This document shows positions 48,859 to 64,000 of a DNA stretch of 64,000 nucleotides, one piece after another. This DNA comes from Epiperipatus broadwayi (lineage: Eukaryota > Animalia > Onychophora). Within the stretch, counting starts at the first letter, position 1. Every line of letters starts with the position of its first letter. Position numbers and translations under genes: made by a program. Under the pieces are notes generated by a model. The model worked only from the letters and a program-made list of their open reading frames with translations, ran no database searches and was not told the origin of the DNA. The stretch lies in assembly GCA_028023455.1 (NCBI GenBank), contig JAQFVV010000005.1, positions 20,026,001-20,090,000 on the forward strand, in the 5' to 3' direction.

Positions 48859-50705
48859 ACATAATAAAACTTTAATAAAGATTTATTGTTGAACTTTGAA
48901 ATATTCACAAATCCAAAATAGCCCTGGAATGAAGGATTTTGGATTAACGGTAGTCTATTTTAGAGTCTGTAATGTGGTATTTGTCTCAGAGGATTCAACA
49001 TTGATATATGCAAACATTTGTTATACTTCACAGCAGTGCAATGAAATCAGTATTAAACATTTAAACCCATGTGCCTGAATTTGATTTGATTTAGTATGTA
49101 GAAGCCAGTGTTTGATATATAAGGGTAGGTCATATTAATATAATTGTTAATCTCAATGGTTAGTTTTTATATATATGTTTGTATGTAATATTTTTTTCCT
49201 AATAGGATAACATTAATTCATTATTTAAATTTTAATATTTTTAAAAGTTAAAAGGGCGTATTATATTAATTTTTAAATCTAATTACTATCTTTTAATCTT
49301 TTGACATTTCATAGTTTTGGAAAGTAATTTATGCTACTCATTAGAGACCTTTGTCCATGTTGCTTTGCTTTAACTATTTCTTATTATAATGTTAGTCACC
49401 TTTGACATAAATCTTTGTTGGATTCAATAAAACTCAAAAGTTAAAGAAGGTATAGTTTAATTCGTAATTAACAAATTTTTATCTGTTCTTACATCTGTAA
49501 TTGCTTTGGTATTCAGGTAGTCCCATGCAAAATATTTTATGGAATAATTAGTAAGGATGCAAGTGAACAAGAGTCTCTCAACATTTTAATAAGAAAGTTT
49601 TTGTTTTATTGATTAATAATTTATATTGATTATAAGAAGTGGCAGTAAAATTATAAGTAATGGAGTAGTGCATTAAGAACGATTCTATAGATACTGGCTT
49701 GAATCAAATATTTTTTTATGAGATTTAATGATGTTGTGTGTGAGAAGGTGGGGATATGGATGGAAATATTTTCTGACATTAATTTTTACACTAGGTTTTA
49801 AATAATAGCCTTACTCTTATTTTATGGGTTACATGTATTATTTCTATACACAATAATATAAATCAAATTTAATAAATTCATTATATATATATAATCATAA
49901 GTATCACGTGGCATTATAGTGCCAGATTACTAGGTTGAATTATGAATTGATTCGGAACTCATATGTTGAACTGCCGAGGGTTATGTATTTTGATCTATTT
50001 AGTTTTATCTACACCACCAACAGTAACACTTTTGTCAATATCAAATCAAGAACACTATCTCTCTCTTTTTTTTTTTTTTAAAAAAAAAAAAGAATAAATG
50101 AGTAAATAAAATATCTGAACTCGCCGTGATCTTGATATACCGAATAGGAATTAATTTTTCCCCTTTTACAATAAGATTTTTAAGAATAGGTAAATTTATA
50201 TTATAATACAATTACAGCTATTAATGTCCTGAAAGAAAAAGAGGCTAATAAATTTTCTCAAATTTTTATAATAAAATTCCCCCGTTTTTTAATATCCCTT
50301 TCCTTTCTTTTACCTATTATTTTCTTTTACTCATTACTTTTAAATTTAATAATGTTCTTGAGATACTTTTAAATTTAATAATGTTCTCGAGATCTTTAAT
50401 CCATGCTAGAAAAAATATATAGATTTTGGAAGGGAATATAAGATTACTGCTACTATATCCAGAGCCAACTATAATATGACCGGATAAATATATAAATAGT
50501 TTAATATTGAATACAAATATAATGTATATACTCAACCTAGATGTCATTAAAGGGGATTTGAACTCAGATTTTCAATTATATGAATGGCTGAAGAGTTGGA
50601 GAATGGAGAATATTGAAGCCTGTACATTAAAGTGTGTTGATTTGCTATCTTAATATAAATCTAGCACTGGTTACATATATTATGTGTGGGAGATGATAAT
50701 CCTGA

Positions 50706-50745
50706 CCAACTATTGAGGGCTGGTTCAGCATGAAATAAATATATT
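50706..50745 (+). ncRNA. Degenerate family 3 hammerhead motif
   Basis: CCAA CTATTGA GGGCTG gtt CAGCAT GAAA TAAATA; followed by two ~125 bp tandem-like segments with tRNA B-box-like GGGTTCAA. Confidence 0.5.
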
Positions 50746-50974
50746 GAATATTTATCTTTTTCACATGTATGTGATCATGGGTATCATATTGGATAGAATG
50801 GATGACTGTAAGGAGCTTGAAAGTCTGGGTTCAATTCCCTTTAATAAATAGTTTAAATACATATATTGGAGATCATTTATCTTTTTCCACATGTATGTGG
50901 TCATGTGTATCAGTTATATTGTAGGAAGCTTGAAAATCAGGGTTCAAATTTCTTTTATTAAATAAACAAACAAC

Positions 50975-53900
50975 TAAAGTTTAATAATAATTTCAATAGT
51001 TTATTTTACTCTAACAATATTATTATTAGATAGGATTAATAGATCAACTGACGATCTCCTAGTTGAACACAATATCAGTTTTTGCTGCATAACAATTCAT
51101 ATCTCTGAAGATAATTGATATATGCATACATCTTTACAACTGTTATTAACTCCATATCATATATATGTTTTTTAAAACTCCAGTATGACAACTGTCGTTT
51201 TAATTACTATTTAAATAAGCATATTGTTGCTCACACACAGTCTTGATTTAGTCTAATTAGATTTTGACTGAAATTCGTTTCCACAACTAATATTGGTTTA
51301 CTCTGCCCAATTAGTTTTCACTCTATATTTATACATCTCTAGTTTTTTTTTTTTCTCTTCTCTCCATTAAAAGTTCTGGAGACATTTTTTTATATTTGCT
51401 AATTTGCATAAGGTTAGACTTCTACAACTTAGCATGTTGGTTCTTGCTATAAACTAATTTTCCTTTTCTGCATATTATTTCTAGAGGGACTCAACATTGC
51501 CTATACTGACCACTGTACACACACACAACTTTATTAATTAAAATATTTACAAACTAGCCAGTATACAACAATATATTCCCGTTACTCTAGAAATAAGCAG
51601 GTTTTAATTACAACAAATAATCTGGTAATTTTTTTGGTGTCCATTTCTCTCTAGTAAGTACCTTTGAGTTTACTTCTCTGCTCTATAGTCTGCTCTTCTT
51701 GTTTACTATTTAACTCTATAGCTTTTTTTAAAGCTGAAGATCTATCTGCTGCTGTTAACTCTGTGTTAGTAGAAACATCAGTCTTATTTTTTTTTTGTAT
51801 TTACATGAAGTAGTAACTATATCGTCTAAAATTTCAGTTTGCCGTTCTTTTATATAGTTAATATGGCACTTTGAAACTTGTCTTTCAATTTTATTTCATA
51901 TATATGTGTAGACACAATGACATAATTCTATTTATTATTCCCAGTAGCCTTTTTTTTTAATTACATCTGTAATCTGTATAGTGTGATTTACTTTAAATTG
52001 GAATTTTTTCAAATCTGCATCTTTCCTTTTTCTTTATGTGGAATTAAAATAGATAAGTGCATTTTTACACTTCTTCTGAGGGTGTTTTCTATGTAACAGC
52101 TGTGTGTGAAGTGGTAGTAAAACACTGCTGTTGTAAATGCTTATGAGCATACTCCTGTTTATTTAATGTAGTTGTCAGCTGCTGTAATGCCTTCTCTGCT
52201 ATTTCATTTGAGGGTGATAAACAGGTGTCAATACATGCTATATCTGCTTTGGAGCAAAGAAGTTTCTTTGAGTTGAAACCCATCTGTTAGAATGATTTCT
52301 GGATACCTATATGTTAAGAAATGCTCTTTTAAACTCTATGGCTACTAAAAAATATATCCCTGAAATGGTTCAGTAGGTTTAAATGGTCTCTTTGCCATAT
52401 TCTCATAGCCTTAGGCCAAAATTGAGATTTTTAGCTGGTAAATTCGCTGTTTGTTGGCAAGTCAGTTTCTAATGATCTATAAATGTCACTTCAATTCTGG
52501 CCACTAAACATGAATGAGCTCTTGTATTGTGACTATCCTGGATTGTTCTTTGTGTAGTAGCCATAACATACTTTTTCTTCAGTCAGGCATCTCATTACAT
52601 GGTCTGTCATAAGAATGCATTCATGGCAAAGTTGATAGAATTTTCCGAGCCTTCAAAATTATCAGTGTTAAATTATTGGTCATTTAAATAGTTATCCTTT
52701 TTTTTATCTAATTCTTTCTAACACTGTAAGTTTACTGTTAGCAGTTTCAAACTTTAACCTGCATATCCATGACTTTTGTGTACTTTTGTCCAGAGTTCTA
52801 GAAAGGGCATCCACATGCTTTCTCAGGTTTTCTAATCTGTTGAATAATTCATAGTTACATGATGCTAATATGTTTATCCACCTAAACATCTGCTGACTGA
52901 CATGGTCGGGGATTTTCTTACTTTTGCTGAATATTCCCAATAATGTTTGCCTGAAGGTATATGATGATGGTATATTAGATGCGATATGTTGGGCTATTTC
53001 CATTATCTGTCAGTAAATGTTGAGTGTATAGAAATTTTTAAATTTTATAAATACAAACAGATTGTTAGTAATAACTCATAAATAGACCACACAGGTTAGT
53101 AATTACATGTTTTGAATGGAGAATACTACTACTCAAAACATTGTGTAATGACTAACCCGTGTTGTCTATTTGTGTGTTATTACTAACAAGTTCTTTATAT
53201 TTGAAAAGTTTAAATAAAGTTTAAAATTTTCTATATATTCAATATTTACTTATAGGTGATGAAAATAAGTCCAACATGTTATCACATTCCAATAATGGTC
53301 TATGGTCGGTATAAATTTTAAATGACCAGCCACACAAATATTGGTGAAACTTCTTTATTGCAAAAACTATGACTACAGCTATTTTGTCTAACTGGCTGTA
53401 GTTTTTCTCTGCTGTAGACAATGTTCTTGAAGCGTACATGACAGGATGTGTATCTGTAAACTTTGTGATAATATGGCTCCACACACCAAATTCAGAAGGG
53501 TCTACATATGTCTTATGGTTTTCTCCATTTCCATCTTTGATTTTTCTTTAGAAACTCATAAAAGAATGTAATTCTATGTGATTTCTCCTTTAAGAAAATG
53601 AAGAAATTGAATAAGCTTATACATGCTTATAATTGTTTAACGCTTGTTTGTCTTCAAGGCATTTTTCATAGCTGTGACTTTTTCTGGGTTTGAATATCTA
53701 CAATTTTCTCTAATAATATACCCCAGAAATTTTATTTCTCTTGTCGACCATATCCATTTCTCATTATTTAATCTTGTGACAAATTTATGTAACTTCTTGC
53801 AGACTACATATAATCTTTCTCTTATATTATACAATGAGTGTGACAATCTTTCTCTTAATTCTGCCTCACTTTCAGTAATTACTAATATGTCATCTAAATA

Positions 53901-55905
53901 TGGTATGTCCTTTTACACCTCTTAGTAAATTCTTTTTGTTCAGAAGATATTCAGTACTATAGTTAACCCATATGGTTTCCTTATCACTAATATCTCAGCT
54001 GCTCTGTTTGTAACTAGAATTTGGTGAAATGCTGATTTCAAATTTAGCTTTGCAAAGTGTTTAGCCTTTTGCAGGGATTTTTGCCTTTGTTAATATTCTT
54101 ATTAACTGTAATTTGATGGTTACTGCATATCACATTTCTGTCTGGTTTTAGTACTGCTACTATCAGCATAGCCCAGGTGGATTCTTCTATAGGTATAATT
54201 ATACCTTTATTCTTCAATTCACTCAATGCTTTTTCTACTTTTGGCTTAGGAGCCAATACAACCTTCCTTGATCTATACACAACTCGTGCATTATCCGTTA
54301 GCTCTAAGTTAATTGGTTTGGTCTTAAGCTCTGCTGAGTTAGAATTAAAAAGTTGTGGAAATTTATTTCTAATTCCAGCTTTCAACTTAACCCTGTTTAC
54401 AATATTAATATTAATCCCCAGAGGTTTGAACCGACTCCATCCTAATATTCGGCTAATGTTCCTTGAAACTACATATACTTGTAAATTTTTATTGTAGCTA
54501 TTTTATCATTACAGGCACTGTTATAACTTCTTTAATATTTATTAGATTTCCATTTGCATCAGTTATTACTCTCTAAGTTAATTGTCGCTCTTGTCTGAAT
54601 TATTGTCTAATCTTTTGCAATATCAGTGATATGTCTGACCTATTGTCTATCTCCATTTCTGTCATTTGACCATAGACTTTCAGGTTTAACACATTAGGCA
54701 TATCATTGCTTTCTCTCAACTTCTTTGCAAGTTTCCTTGATTCTGTTTTGTCATTTGTCTCTTGTTTTTACTCAGCTTTGACAAGTTACCTATCAGACCA
54801 CAGCTAAAACATTTTTTTGTTTTTGTTTTAAATTTACACATTGATTTAAAATGGCTTGTTTTTGGAGGGGTCTGTGTTAAATTCCTTTGTGTCACTCATG
54901 GCTTTGCTACATTTATATGTATTTCAGAAGTATCTAAATCTGTCACATTTTTGAAGGCTTCCATGTGTTGTAAAATAACTTCATGGGCTATAGCACATTC
55001 AATAGCAACCTTATATATTAGTGTAGATTCTATCAATAATATCTGCCTAAGTTTTACATCTCTGTATGCCCCATAGTAACTGGTCCAATAACATTTCATC
55101 GACAGTCTTTAAATTCATAATCCTTCACTTAAGTACATAGTATTAAATCATATTTGGGTATAGTTTCATCTTGGGATTGCATCCTACTACAAAACAATGA
55201 TGCTGTCAATATCAATGTTATTGGTTTAAAATGGGAATTTAGTTTTATATTACTAATTCCTTGCATGGGGTTTCTTCATCTGGCTTTGAATTATATAAAT
55301 GTTTTGCCAATTGTTGTGACATTTATAATAGGATGGCGATGTTCAACTTGTCGTCAATTATCCCATTCATGAGCATGTATTTTTTCTATATGATTTATAT
55401 ATATATCTGTCACAGTTTCAGATTTTTTACATTGAAGGGTGTTGTTATCTTCTGCATATTTCTTGGGTTATCCTAATCACTAATATATATCGATAATCTT
55501 TCAGGTTATAAGGCTGCTACATAATAATCTTCTCAAGCGTACTTCTCCTTACAGGTTTTCCATTTGACTGTGTCACATAATATATCCAGCATCAACTATA
55601 ATATAGCAAGTGGATAATTATATAATAGTAATAAATTCAAGAGTTTATTTTACTCTGAATAACAATGATATTAGTAGATAGGATTAATTGATCAACTGGT
55701 GATTTGCTAGTTGAATACAATATCGGTCTTGATCATATCTCTGTAGATAAGGAATATATACATATATCTTTGCATCTGTAGGCAACACATCATATATCCA
55801 TTTCTTTTAACTCTAGTATGTCATCATTTTGCTTACTATTTAAGTAAGCACCTTACTGCTCATACACAGTCTTGAGTTAGTCTAATTAGATTTTGACTGA
55901 AACTC
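50975..55905 (-). mobile_element. Decayed Gypsy/Ty3 LTR retrotransposon (gag-RT-RH-INT)
   Basis: LTRs ~50975-51335 and ~55620-55905 are clearly homologous; PPT ~51336-51365. ORFs: gag KLRQILL; RT PKVEKALSEL..WAMLIVAVLKPD and IKFLGY; RH ASRTLSTAEKNYSQLDK..YTDHRPL; HVDALSR. Confidence 0.85.
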
Positions 55906-56199
55906 ATTAATAATATAATTTTTTTGCTGTTTAAATTTTGCTTATTTGATAGCTCATCAAATTGCAAAATATTTATTCACAAATATTCTTTATGCTACAG
56001 TGGTAGCACACCTGCTTGCCATATCTATGATCTGGGATTTATATATAGGCAATTGAATTTCCTTTTCCAAAGGCATAGGATTTTATTTCTGGGGCCAATA
56101 AGCAACCCAGTTAACTATCCAACATTGGTCAGTAAATGGCTGTATATGTGTCATGAACTAAAAAGTAAAACAAAGATAAAAAATAGTCAATTATCATTT

Positions 56200-56900
56200 G
56201 CCAACAATTGGCAAATCTGATATTGCCATCATTGTTTCTCTATGAGTTACTCTTGGAGAACCTTTTGTCTTGCCATGGGTTTTATTAAGAAAGATTGTTT
56301 TACATTTCTGTAAAACACTTGTCAAATTCCCTTAGGTTTGTAATTCTTCACTATATGTAAAAAAGAAATTACCTGTCATTGATTTCTTCTTTAGATATCC
56401 AATATGATTCATCTTTTTTTAGAATGGTGTATCCTAAAAAGCTTTTTTTCTGGCTCTTATTAAAACTGTCTTTATTAATTCAAATTAAATAATCCTAACA
56501 TAGTCAAACTTTTTAGAGGTTATCCGATCTGTGGATAGAATAGTTATTGCTCTTAGCACAAATGATTCACCATGTGATGATCACATCTAATCTGACCAGA
56601 AATAATGCCCAGACTATCTGTAAAAAAGGCCACTCTTTTTTTTTTACAATTAACTATCTACATTCTAATTATAACTTGCATATATAGCATAATAAGGATT
56701 ATATTAGAAATGCCTAATTATGAAGAAATTTTCAATATTTATCCCTTACAAATAGTAAAGATAACCAGTGCCTCTGTGTCCATAGGAGTGTAAGACCTCA
56801 TCAGAAGCGTAGATTATATAATATTATAAACATTTTTTATTTTTGCATTCAGCACATTGACACTTATTTCCAATCAAGAATAATTAGGAATCATTATTTT
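56200..56900 (-). mobile_element. Very decayed RTE-like LINE C-terminal remnant
   Basis: Minus strand LRAITILSTDRIT, RARKKLFGY and GKTKGSPR resemble the RTE tail. Confidence 0.4.
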
Positions 56901-57913
56901 TTAGCCAAAATTAGCAAGTTACATATTTATTGATTACCATTGGGTGCCAATTTGATTTGGTTGTAGATTGATTACATTAAAAAAAAACCTGTTTGTGAAC
57001 CAAAATGTCAAGATTCTCCTGACTAGAAATGTATGCCAGATATATAGCAGGCATATCTTGAAATCTTTTACAAATTGGTGCATATTTTATTAGTAATTGG
57101 AAACTCATAAAAGTGTATCAAAATAACTGATTGTTCAGAAATGATGCTGTATAGATATCGATAGATGCATAAACATTACTTATCATTGATTTTCTGTGCT
57201 GACATTAATTGTATGGCAGTGACTCTCTTTAAGTACTGAGTAAATGAATCTGGCCACACTAACGTGTATTGTTCATTGATTATATTCTATGCTTTTTAAT
57301 TGCTTATGAAATTGAGAAGAGGTCATTCTGAACAAATAAACCTCAATTCACTCAATAACTGCCATTCCAAAGGCCTAGTTTTTTTTGTAAAGGTTTCAAA
57401 TAATTGCAGTAATGATTGAACCCACACCTAACTACTGATGATGGTCATATACAGACAAAGATTCTGCCTACCAATACATATACATTTTTCAATAAAGTTT
57501 TCTCTCTTGAATGACTTCTACTTAAATAAATTTCAGAAATTGAAATGGCTATTATAATTATTTAAATGTCTTGTTTAAAAATTATTTTACATTATCTAAA
57601 TTCATTATTATTTTATTTATTTTTATCCATTACAGTCTTCATAATGTTTATTATTGATTTATTATTTCTTATGTATCAGAATTGGCATTTGAAATAATTG
57701 TTATTTATAAGTTAATGTGTATTCCATTAATCAAATATTAATGCTTTTAATTTTTGATGACATTTTTGTTTAATGTTTATTGACGTATATAGACTAATAA
57801 AACTAGCATATTATTGACTTGGGAGATTGTGCATGTATGATTGTTAAATGTTTCACTTAGAGTCGTTTAGGCAACAGTAATGTGACATAATAAAATTTGA
57901 TTGCTATTATAGG

Positions 57914-57990
57914 TTTTTTTTTATATGTCAAAACATTGACTGGGAAGCGAATCCGGTCCAGCTGCCAGTTGCTATAGTTTGCACTTACAT
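57914..57990 (-). mobile_element. Diverged SINE copy
   Basis: tttttatatgtcaaaacattgactgggaagcgaatcc matches the SINE 3' end. Confidence 0.55.
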
Positions 57991-60829
57991 GCTACTGTTT
58001 TAACATAATTTCTTAAATTTAGAACTACATTAGTAACTAATGAAGCCCCTGGTTATGTAGTATATATAAATTAGTTGTAACATTTTATGCACTTTTATTA
58101 TCATTCTTTAATTCTTCATATGCCTTACAATAGTTTAATGCAATAGTAGAGTAGCAAACTCTAAAACTCAATCCATGAATCATGGTTCAACTCTATGGTA
58201 CTCAAAGTCGTATATAAAAAAAGGTCATTGTCTTCAGAGAATTTGGTCTTTTCTCATCAGTTAAATTTCATTTCTTGATTTTGGTTTATTAAGGTAATGT
58301 AAATCTGTTTTGAAGCCAGTGTTTATATAGAACCAAGTCTAAAATTAGTAAGGTTTTGTGTTCTTTGTAGTGTCTTGGTCATTCATTACCATGTTTAGCT
58401 TCTGATCTTCAGTTGTATAAGTTTTTCATGATATTATTTAAGCATGTATACTTGTATTAAATAGTGAAATCTTATCTTCAATAAAGCAGTCTTTCTCTTT
58501 CTTAAGTAACAGAATAAAGATCTTAATCGATAAAAGCATGTGGTCTTCAGTATCACTTTATTTTTTTTTAATTTATAGACAGTATAGATTTGTGCAAATC
58601 AAACTTCCAAATTTATTATGAGTTTTTATTTAGATTTCAAACATTGTTTTGAAATAAAGCCCATTAATCTTTTAATTGTGTTTTTGTTTCAGCAAAAACT
58701 TATTCTTCATAACTTAATGTCAATAAATTTTTTGCTAAAAGGTCAATATATCCAAATTGATCTAAGTGTAAATATCAAATACTTATTAAAAAACATCTTT
58801 TAATAGCTTAAAATAAATGAGGAGATAAATTATGTGTAAACTTATTTTTCTGTTTATATGGTGTCCACAAAAACTAATACTATGCAAGTGCGTAACTTTT
58901 TTCTCAAGATAATCTTTGGAATTATTTAACTATTTCAGTGTAACTCACTGCCTATCATGCTTAGAATCTAGCAAATACTCCAGTAAATGTTCCATATTGC
59001 AATATTTTATATTTACAATTAAACCTTTTTTTCTATATCTTATATAAAAAATGCATTTCATATTTAGAATATTTAAGTTTTCAAGTAATTGTAATTTAAA
59101 AAATTAACATTTGACATTTAAAAAATATGAAAATAAGTATTTAAATGAAGTTTTTTCCTATCACAATGGAGCACACTACCATTGGACATAATTTACCTAT
59201 TCAAAAAGTTAGAAGAGTGAAATATTAGAATTTTATGCTATTAAAAGAATGATATATTTAGGATTAGTTATCATCTAAGAAAGAAGAAAAATTTTTTAAA
59301 TTAATAAATTATTTACTGTTGTTAAAATTTTAAAGAGTATTTTCTTTATCGTTTTCACAGAAGTGATTTTTTTTTATCCAGTAGAAGCTGCTTTCAATTG
59401 TTGTAATGAATTTTCTAAGAGCTGTCTTTTTAGAAATAAAATGATTAATGACATACTGAAAATCACATTTTTTCTTTTATCTAGCCCAGGCTAAAATAAA
59501 TTCTCATTTCTAAACCATCCCCTTCAAAACATTGTCGTAACAATAGAGTACTGTCAATCCCACAAAAAGATCCATATAATACTGTCACCTTCAGGTTTTA
59601 AAAAAAATTAATATGTTAAAACTGTAGCATCATAGAAAAGAACAGCTGCAAACCATTGCACACTATAACATAAGTTATAGATATGCTTTAAAACAAATAG
59701 CACTACTGTATGGAGAGTTTTGCCTATTTAATAACATAGAAATGTAGTGATCGCAGCACCATTATATTGCACAGAATGTCAAATTCTGCACATTGGTATC
59801 GTAATTTTGCTCTGAACGTGTTAACACCAATAACTGCTGACATATACATAATTTAATTATAAATTTTAAATGGTTTCTTGCAGTTAAAATTACTCTAAAC
59901 ATTTTTTTTTAAAGTTGTTATCATCAAACAAAAACAATGTGAATCCGATCATAATGCCAATAGCATATTGTATAAATTTCAACTAAGAGATTAAAGATAT
60001 TTTTGAGTTATTTATATAAATCATCTAAAAAAATTTAACTAATATCATTAAATTAAAACCTATTTTTTATTAAAGAGCAACCTTTTCTAAAGACATTGGA
60101 AAAGTGTAGGGATCTCACAATTATTTTGAGCAAATCTATCATTTTAGATGGCCTAGACTTTAATTTCAATTTACATACCCTGAGAATTTGCTTATATATA
60201 TCTAAATAAATGCGTATCTTATTCAATTACGAGTCATTTCTTTCAAATGACATTCTATTCAGTTTAGATATTAGTATAATTGATGAAATAAACTTAACTA
60301 ATCATCATAATTAATGTCTAGGTTACCTGAAGTGATGATTCAATTTGAAATACATGATGGAAACAATGTTATAATTTTTTTTCTAATGTCTTTGGAAAAA
60401 GTTGCTCTTTGATAAAATAAATATAGATTTAAATACATGTGTTTAAAGATAATACAAAATTTATGCATGCAGTAAAGAATTGAAATATATAAAAAATAGA
60501 AATAGTCTATAATATTTCTGATGTCATTGTTGAAATTTACTTCGTTAGTTATGATACTATTTTAATTGTGTAGTATATGATATAAATTTAAGATGTTATA
60601 AAATTTATATATAAATTAATTTTTATCACATAATAGTTAAAAAAAATTATAATTATTTATTCAGAAGACCATATCAGAGTGACAGATTAACATAACTAAC
60701 TGCTTCATTCATTCGAAAATATGTACAATCCTTTTTTTTTTCCTACTTTATTTAAATGACTCAATTCCGGAATTTTTAACTCAGAAGTTTGTCACTTATC
60801 ACTGCTCTAAATTGTACAGGATGATATAT

Positions 60830-61960
<1,131 letters not shown>

Positions 61961-62249
61961 AAAGAGAAATGAAGTTTAATTACATCGTATGTATGTGTGT
62001 GTTTAATTAAAAAATCAGATATATTAATCTTTAACTGAGATCTAAAGTTTATATCTGGGCTAGAGATAATCTCTAGTTTAAAAAATGATTAGTGATAATT
62101 ATTACTATATTTATTTAGAGTAGATTGTGACAGAGTTGTTAGTGGAGCAAATTTGATACTTATATACCAAAATGTAATATATTTAAGATAATGTAATACT
62201 TTTTTTTCTGCAGAAATTAGGCCTTAAATAAATTGCTTCTATAATTTCT

Positions 62250-62600
62250 TCTTGATATGTACATAGGTAGGATGGTTAAACATTTGACACATAAAATGCT
62301 GACAAGTTGTAGTTTTAATCTCTGCCTTTGTTAGTTAGAAGTTTGTGCTCCAGTAACCATACATATTATGACCGAAAGTATTTTATGGTTTTATTATGAT
62401 CAGACATTTCACAAGTGATAGTTATTCACTGAAGAAAAAAAAAATTGTTGTAGAAAAATAGAAACTAAAGTTATTGATAAAACTCTTTACCAGGAAGTGT
62501 ACAAAGAGGAAGGAAACCAACAAGTTGTCATCTGGAAGATACTTCTTAATTAATGTGTCATTAGATGTGGAAAACAATTAAGTAATTAAAAAAAGCCAAA
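62250..62600 (+). mobile_element. Very decayed RTE-like 3' remnant
   Basis: QRGRKPT (GxRxRGRP-like) and an ETWTL-like segment; weak. Confidence 0.3.
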
Positions 62601-63410
62601 TATGAAATGACATTTTTTTGTTTATAGAATTGAAGAGATTAAATCATTTATGCTCTTTATTATACAGTATATAAATTTGTATTCAAATATAACAAAAGTG
62701 GTTTATGTGTAATGCAATTTTGGGGTTCTGATCCAAGTTTGAGACAACCTTATTTTATAGATATAATGATTCTCAAAAGGTTTAATAATTTATTAGTGTT
62801 TATATTTGTAATAGTGTATTTGTATTTGCACTTGCATGTCTGTGTTTGTATAGCAAATGATTTACATATATAAAATTAAGGTATTATAGAGCAGTGAAAT
62901 GTAAATTTTAAAACTAATTATCATTATCAAATGTACAGAAAGGTTGCAGTTGATAAAGCAATCACAAATTTACTGAGCATAGTACCATGTGAAAATATAA
63001 ACACTTAAAAACAATAAAGAGAGATTTCAAATGGTGTGTGTGTGGTGATAGCCACAATGATTATGCCCTTGGTACTCATGCTGTGGAGTCAGTAGTTTTG
63101 CCACATCTTGCATCACATTATTTTCAAGTCTATAGCTAGCAAATGAGCTATATGCAAATAAATTATATCTCTGCGGGACAATAAATATAACAAGTTAGCA
63201 TCACTGGGGTGCATAAAAAATATAAACATCACTGGTATACACAAAAAAATATAAAATAAAGAGATGAAACTCATTTTATCATTGATACAGATAGTAGCCT
63301 ACAATTTCTAGTTTTAGATAGACAAGAAGCCAATTACTATGCTGACAAATGCACATCCACCTTTTGGAAATGATTTGTATCTTTTATTAGGATGAATCTT
63401 TTTTCTATAG

Positions 63411-63511
63411 ATGCCTTGAGATTTGTTAACTTTTGGGGTATAAAATAACAATGAAGAATTTTTATGCAACTATGTTATGTTTGGAGATTCTGAAGCTATG
63501 GATTATATCAG
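63411..63511 (+). other. Candidate exon: ATG 63451 MKNFYATMLCLEILKLWIIS + phase 1 donor
   Basis: Acceptor TTTTTTCTATAG at 63410, donor AG|GTAAGA at 63512, A-rich start context AATAACAATG; hydrophobic 20-mer. Confidence 0.4.
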
Positions 63512-64000
63512 GTAAGAAGTATTATATATGTTTTGAATGAGAATTTTATGAGGAATACAAAGAAATTATCAATGAAGATGTAATTTAAACTTAATTAATG
63601 ATAAATTAGAAATTATGAACAAACAATAAAGTAATAATTATTTCAGATGCTGAAATTTCTTTTTTTTTTGTTATTTTTTTAAAATGGTAATCACTATTTG
63701 TCTTAGCCTTATTGTTTTTTTTAGTTTTTCTTGTTTCTATCAATGTAAAGCTTTTTGCTCTAACTTTATTAAAACTGAAGTTATTGTGAAAATTTGTGTC
63801 TCAAGTCAGTTTTTTAAAAATTCAATATGGTGGCCAAGGACTAAACTAGGTAAATATCACAAAAACTCTGTCAAATAATGAAAACTATTCTTCACTTATA
63901 AATTTGAAGTTTTGCTACTCTGTTTATCGCACTCTATACATGAAGAATAATTTGGAATATTTAAATAAAGTTAAATTTTTCTATAGACATTCAATACTAT

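Noticed and set aside
15719-57165. TATCGATA (DRE) matches at ~15719, ~55488 and ~57157
   Set aside because: Isolated, in repeats or AT-rich DNA, with no promoter context.
57436-57470. CTGATGATGGTC..GAC possible HHR
   Set aside because: No GAAA core and no stem I or III.
58385-58420. Minus-strand CTGAAGATCAG..AAACATGG possible HHR
   Set aside because: G12 missing and stems not supportable by eye.

Overview
Very AT-rich, strongly CpG-depleted animal genomic DNA (invertebrate, probably arthropod-like; species not determinable from sequence). No prokaryotic features, rRNA or CRISPR. Host coding content is minimal. There is one recognisable exon, the first coding exon of an unc-119 homologue (23979-24165, +). 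No downstream unc-119 exon was found, implying an intron of at least 39.8 kb. Two weaker exon candidates exist: a divergent minus-strand transcript (~21400 to ~17060) and a phase-compatible exon at 63411-63511. The rest is largely decayed mobile DNA: two Gypsy/Ty3 LTR retrotransposons, two LTR remnants, a CR1/L2-type LINE, many RTE-type LINE pieces, several Penelope-like (PLE) remnants, a tRNA-derived SINE family, a hAT MITE and a Tc1/pogo-type MITE. The most notable observation, read by eye, is three distinct families of minimal type I hammerhead ribozyme (HHR) motifs, about nine motifs in total. Family 1 is a U3/A8-core variant in both arms of a 1.2 kb palindromic PLE remnant. Family 2 has an intact-looking core with stem II covariation. 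It sits in a non-coding ~0.4-0.5 kb element with variable inverted segments and 9-14 bp target-site duplications. Family 3 has cores that appear to have been destroyed by CpG deamination. All coordinates were read manually; TE boundaries are approximate and no database searches or folding programs were run.
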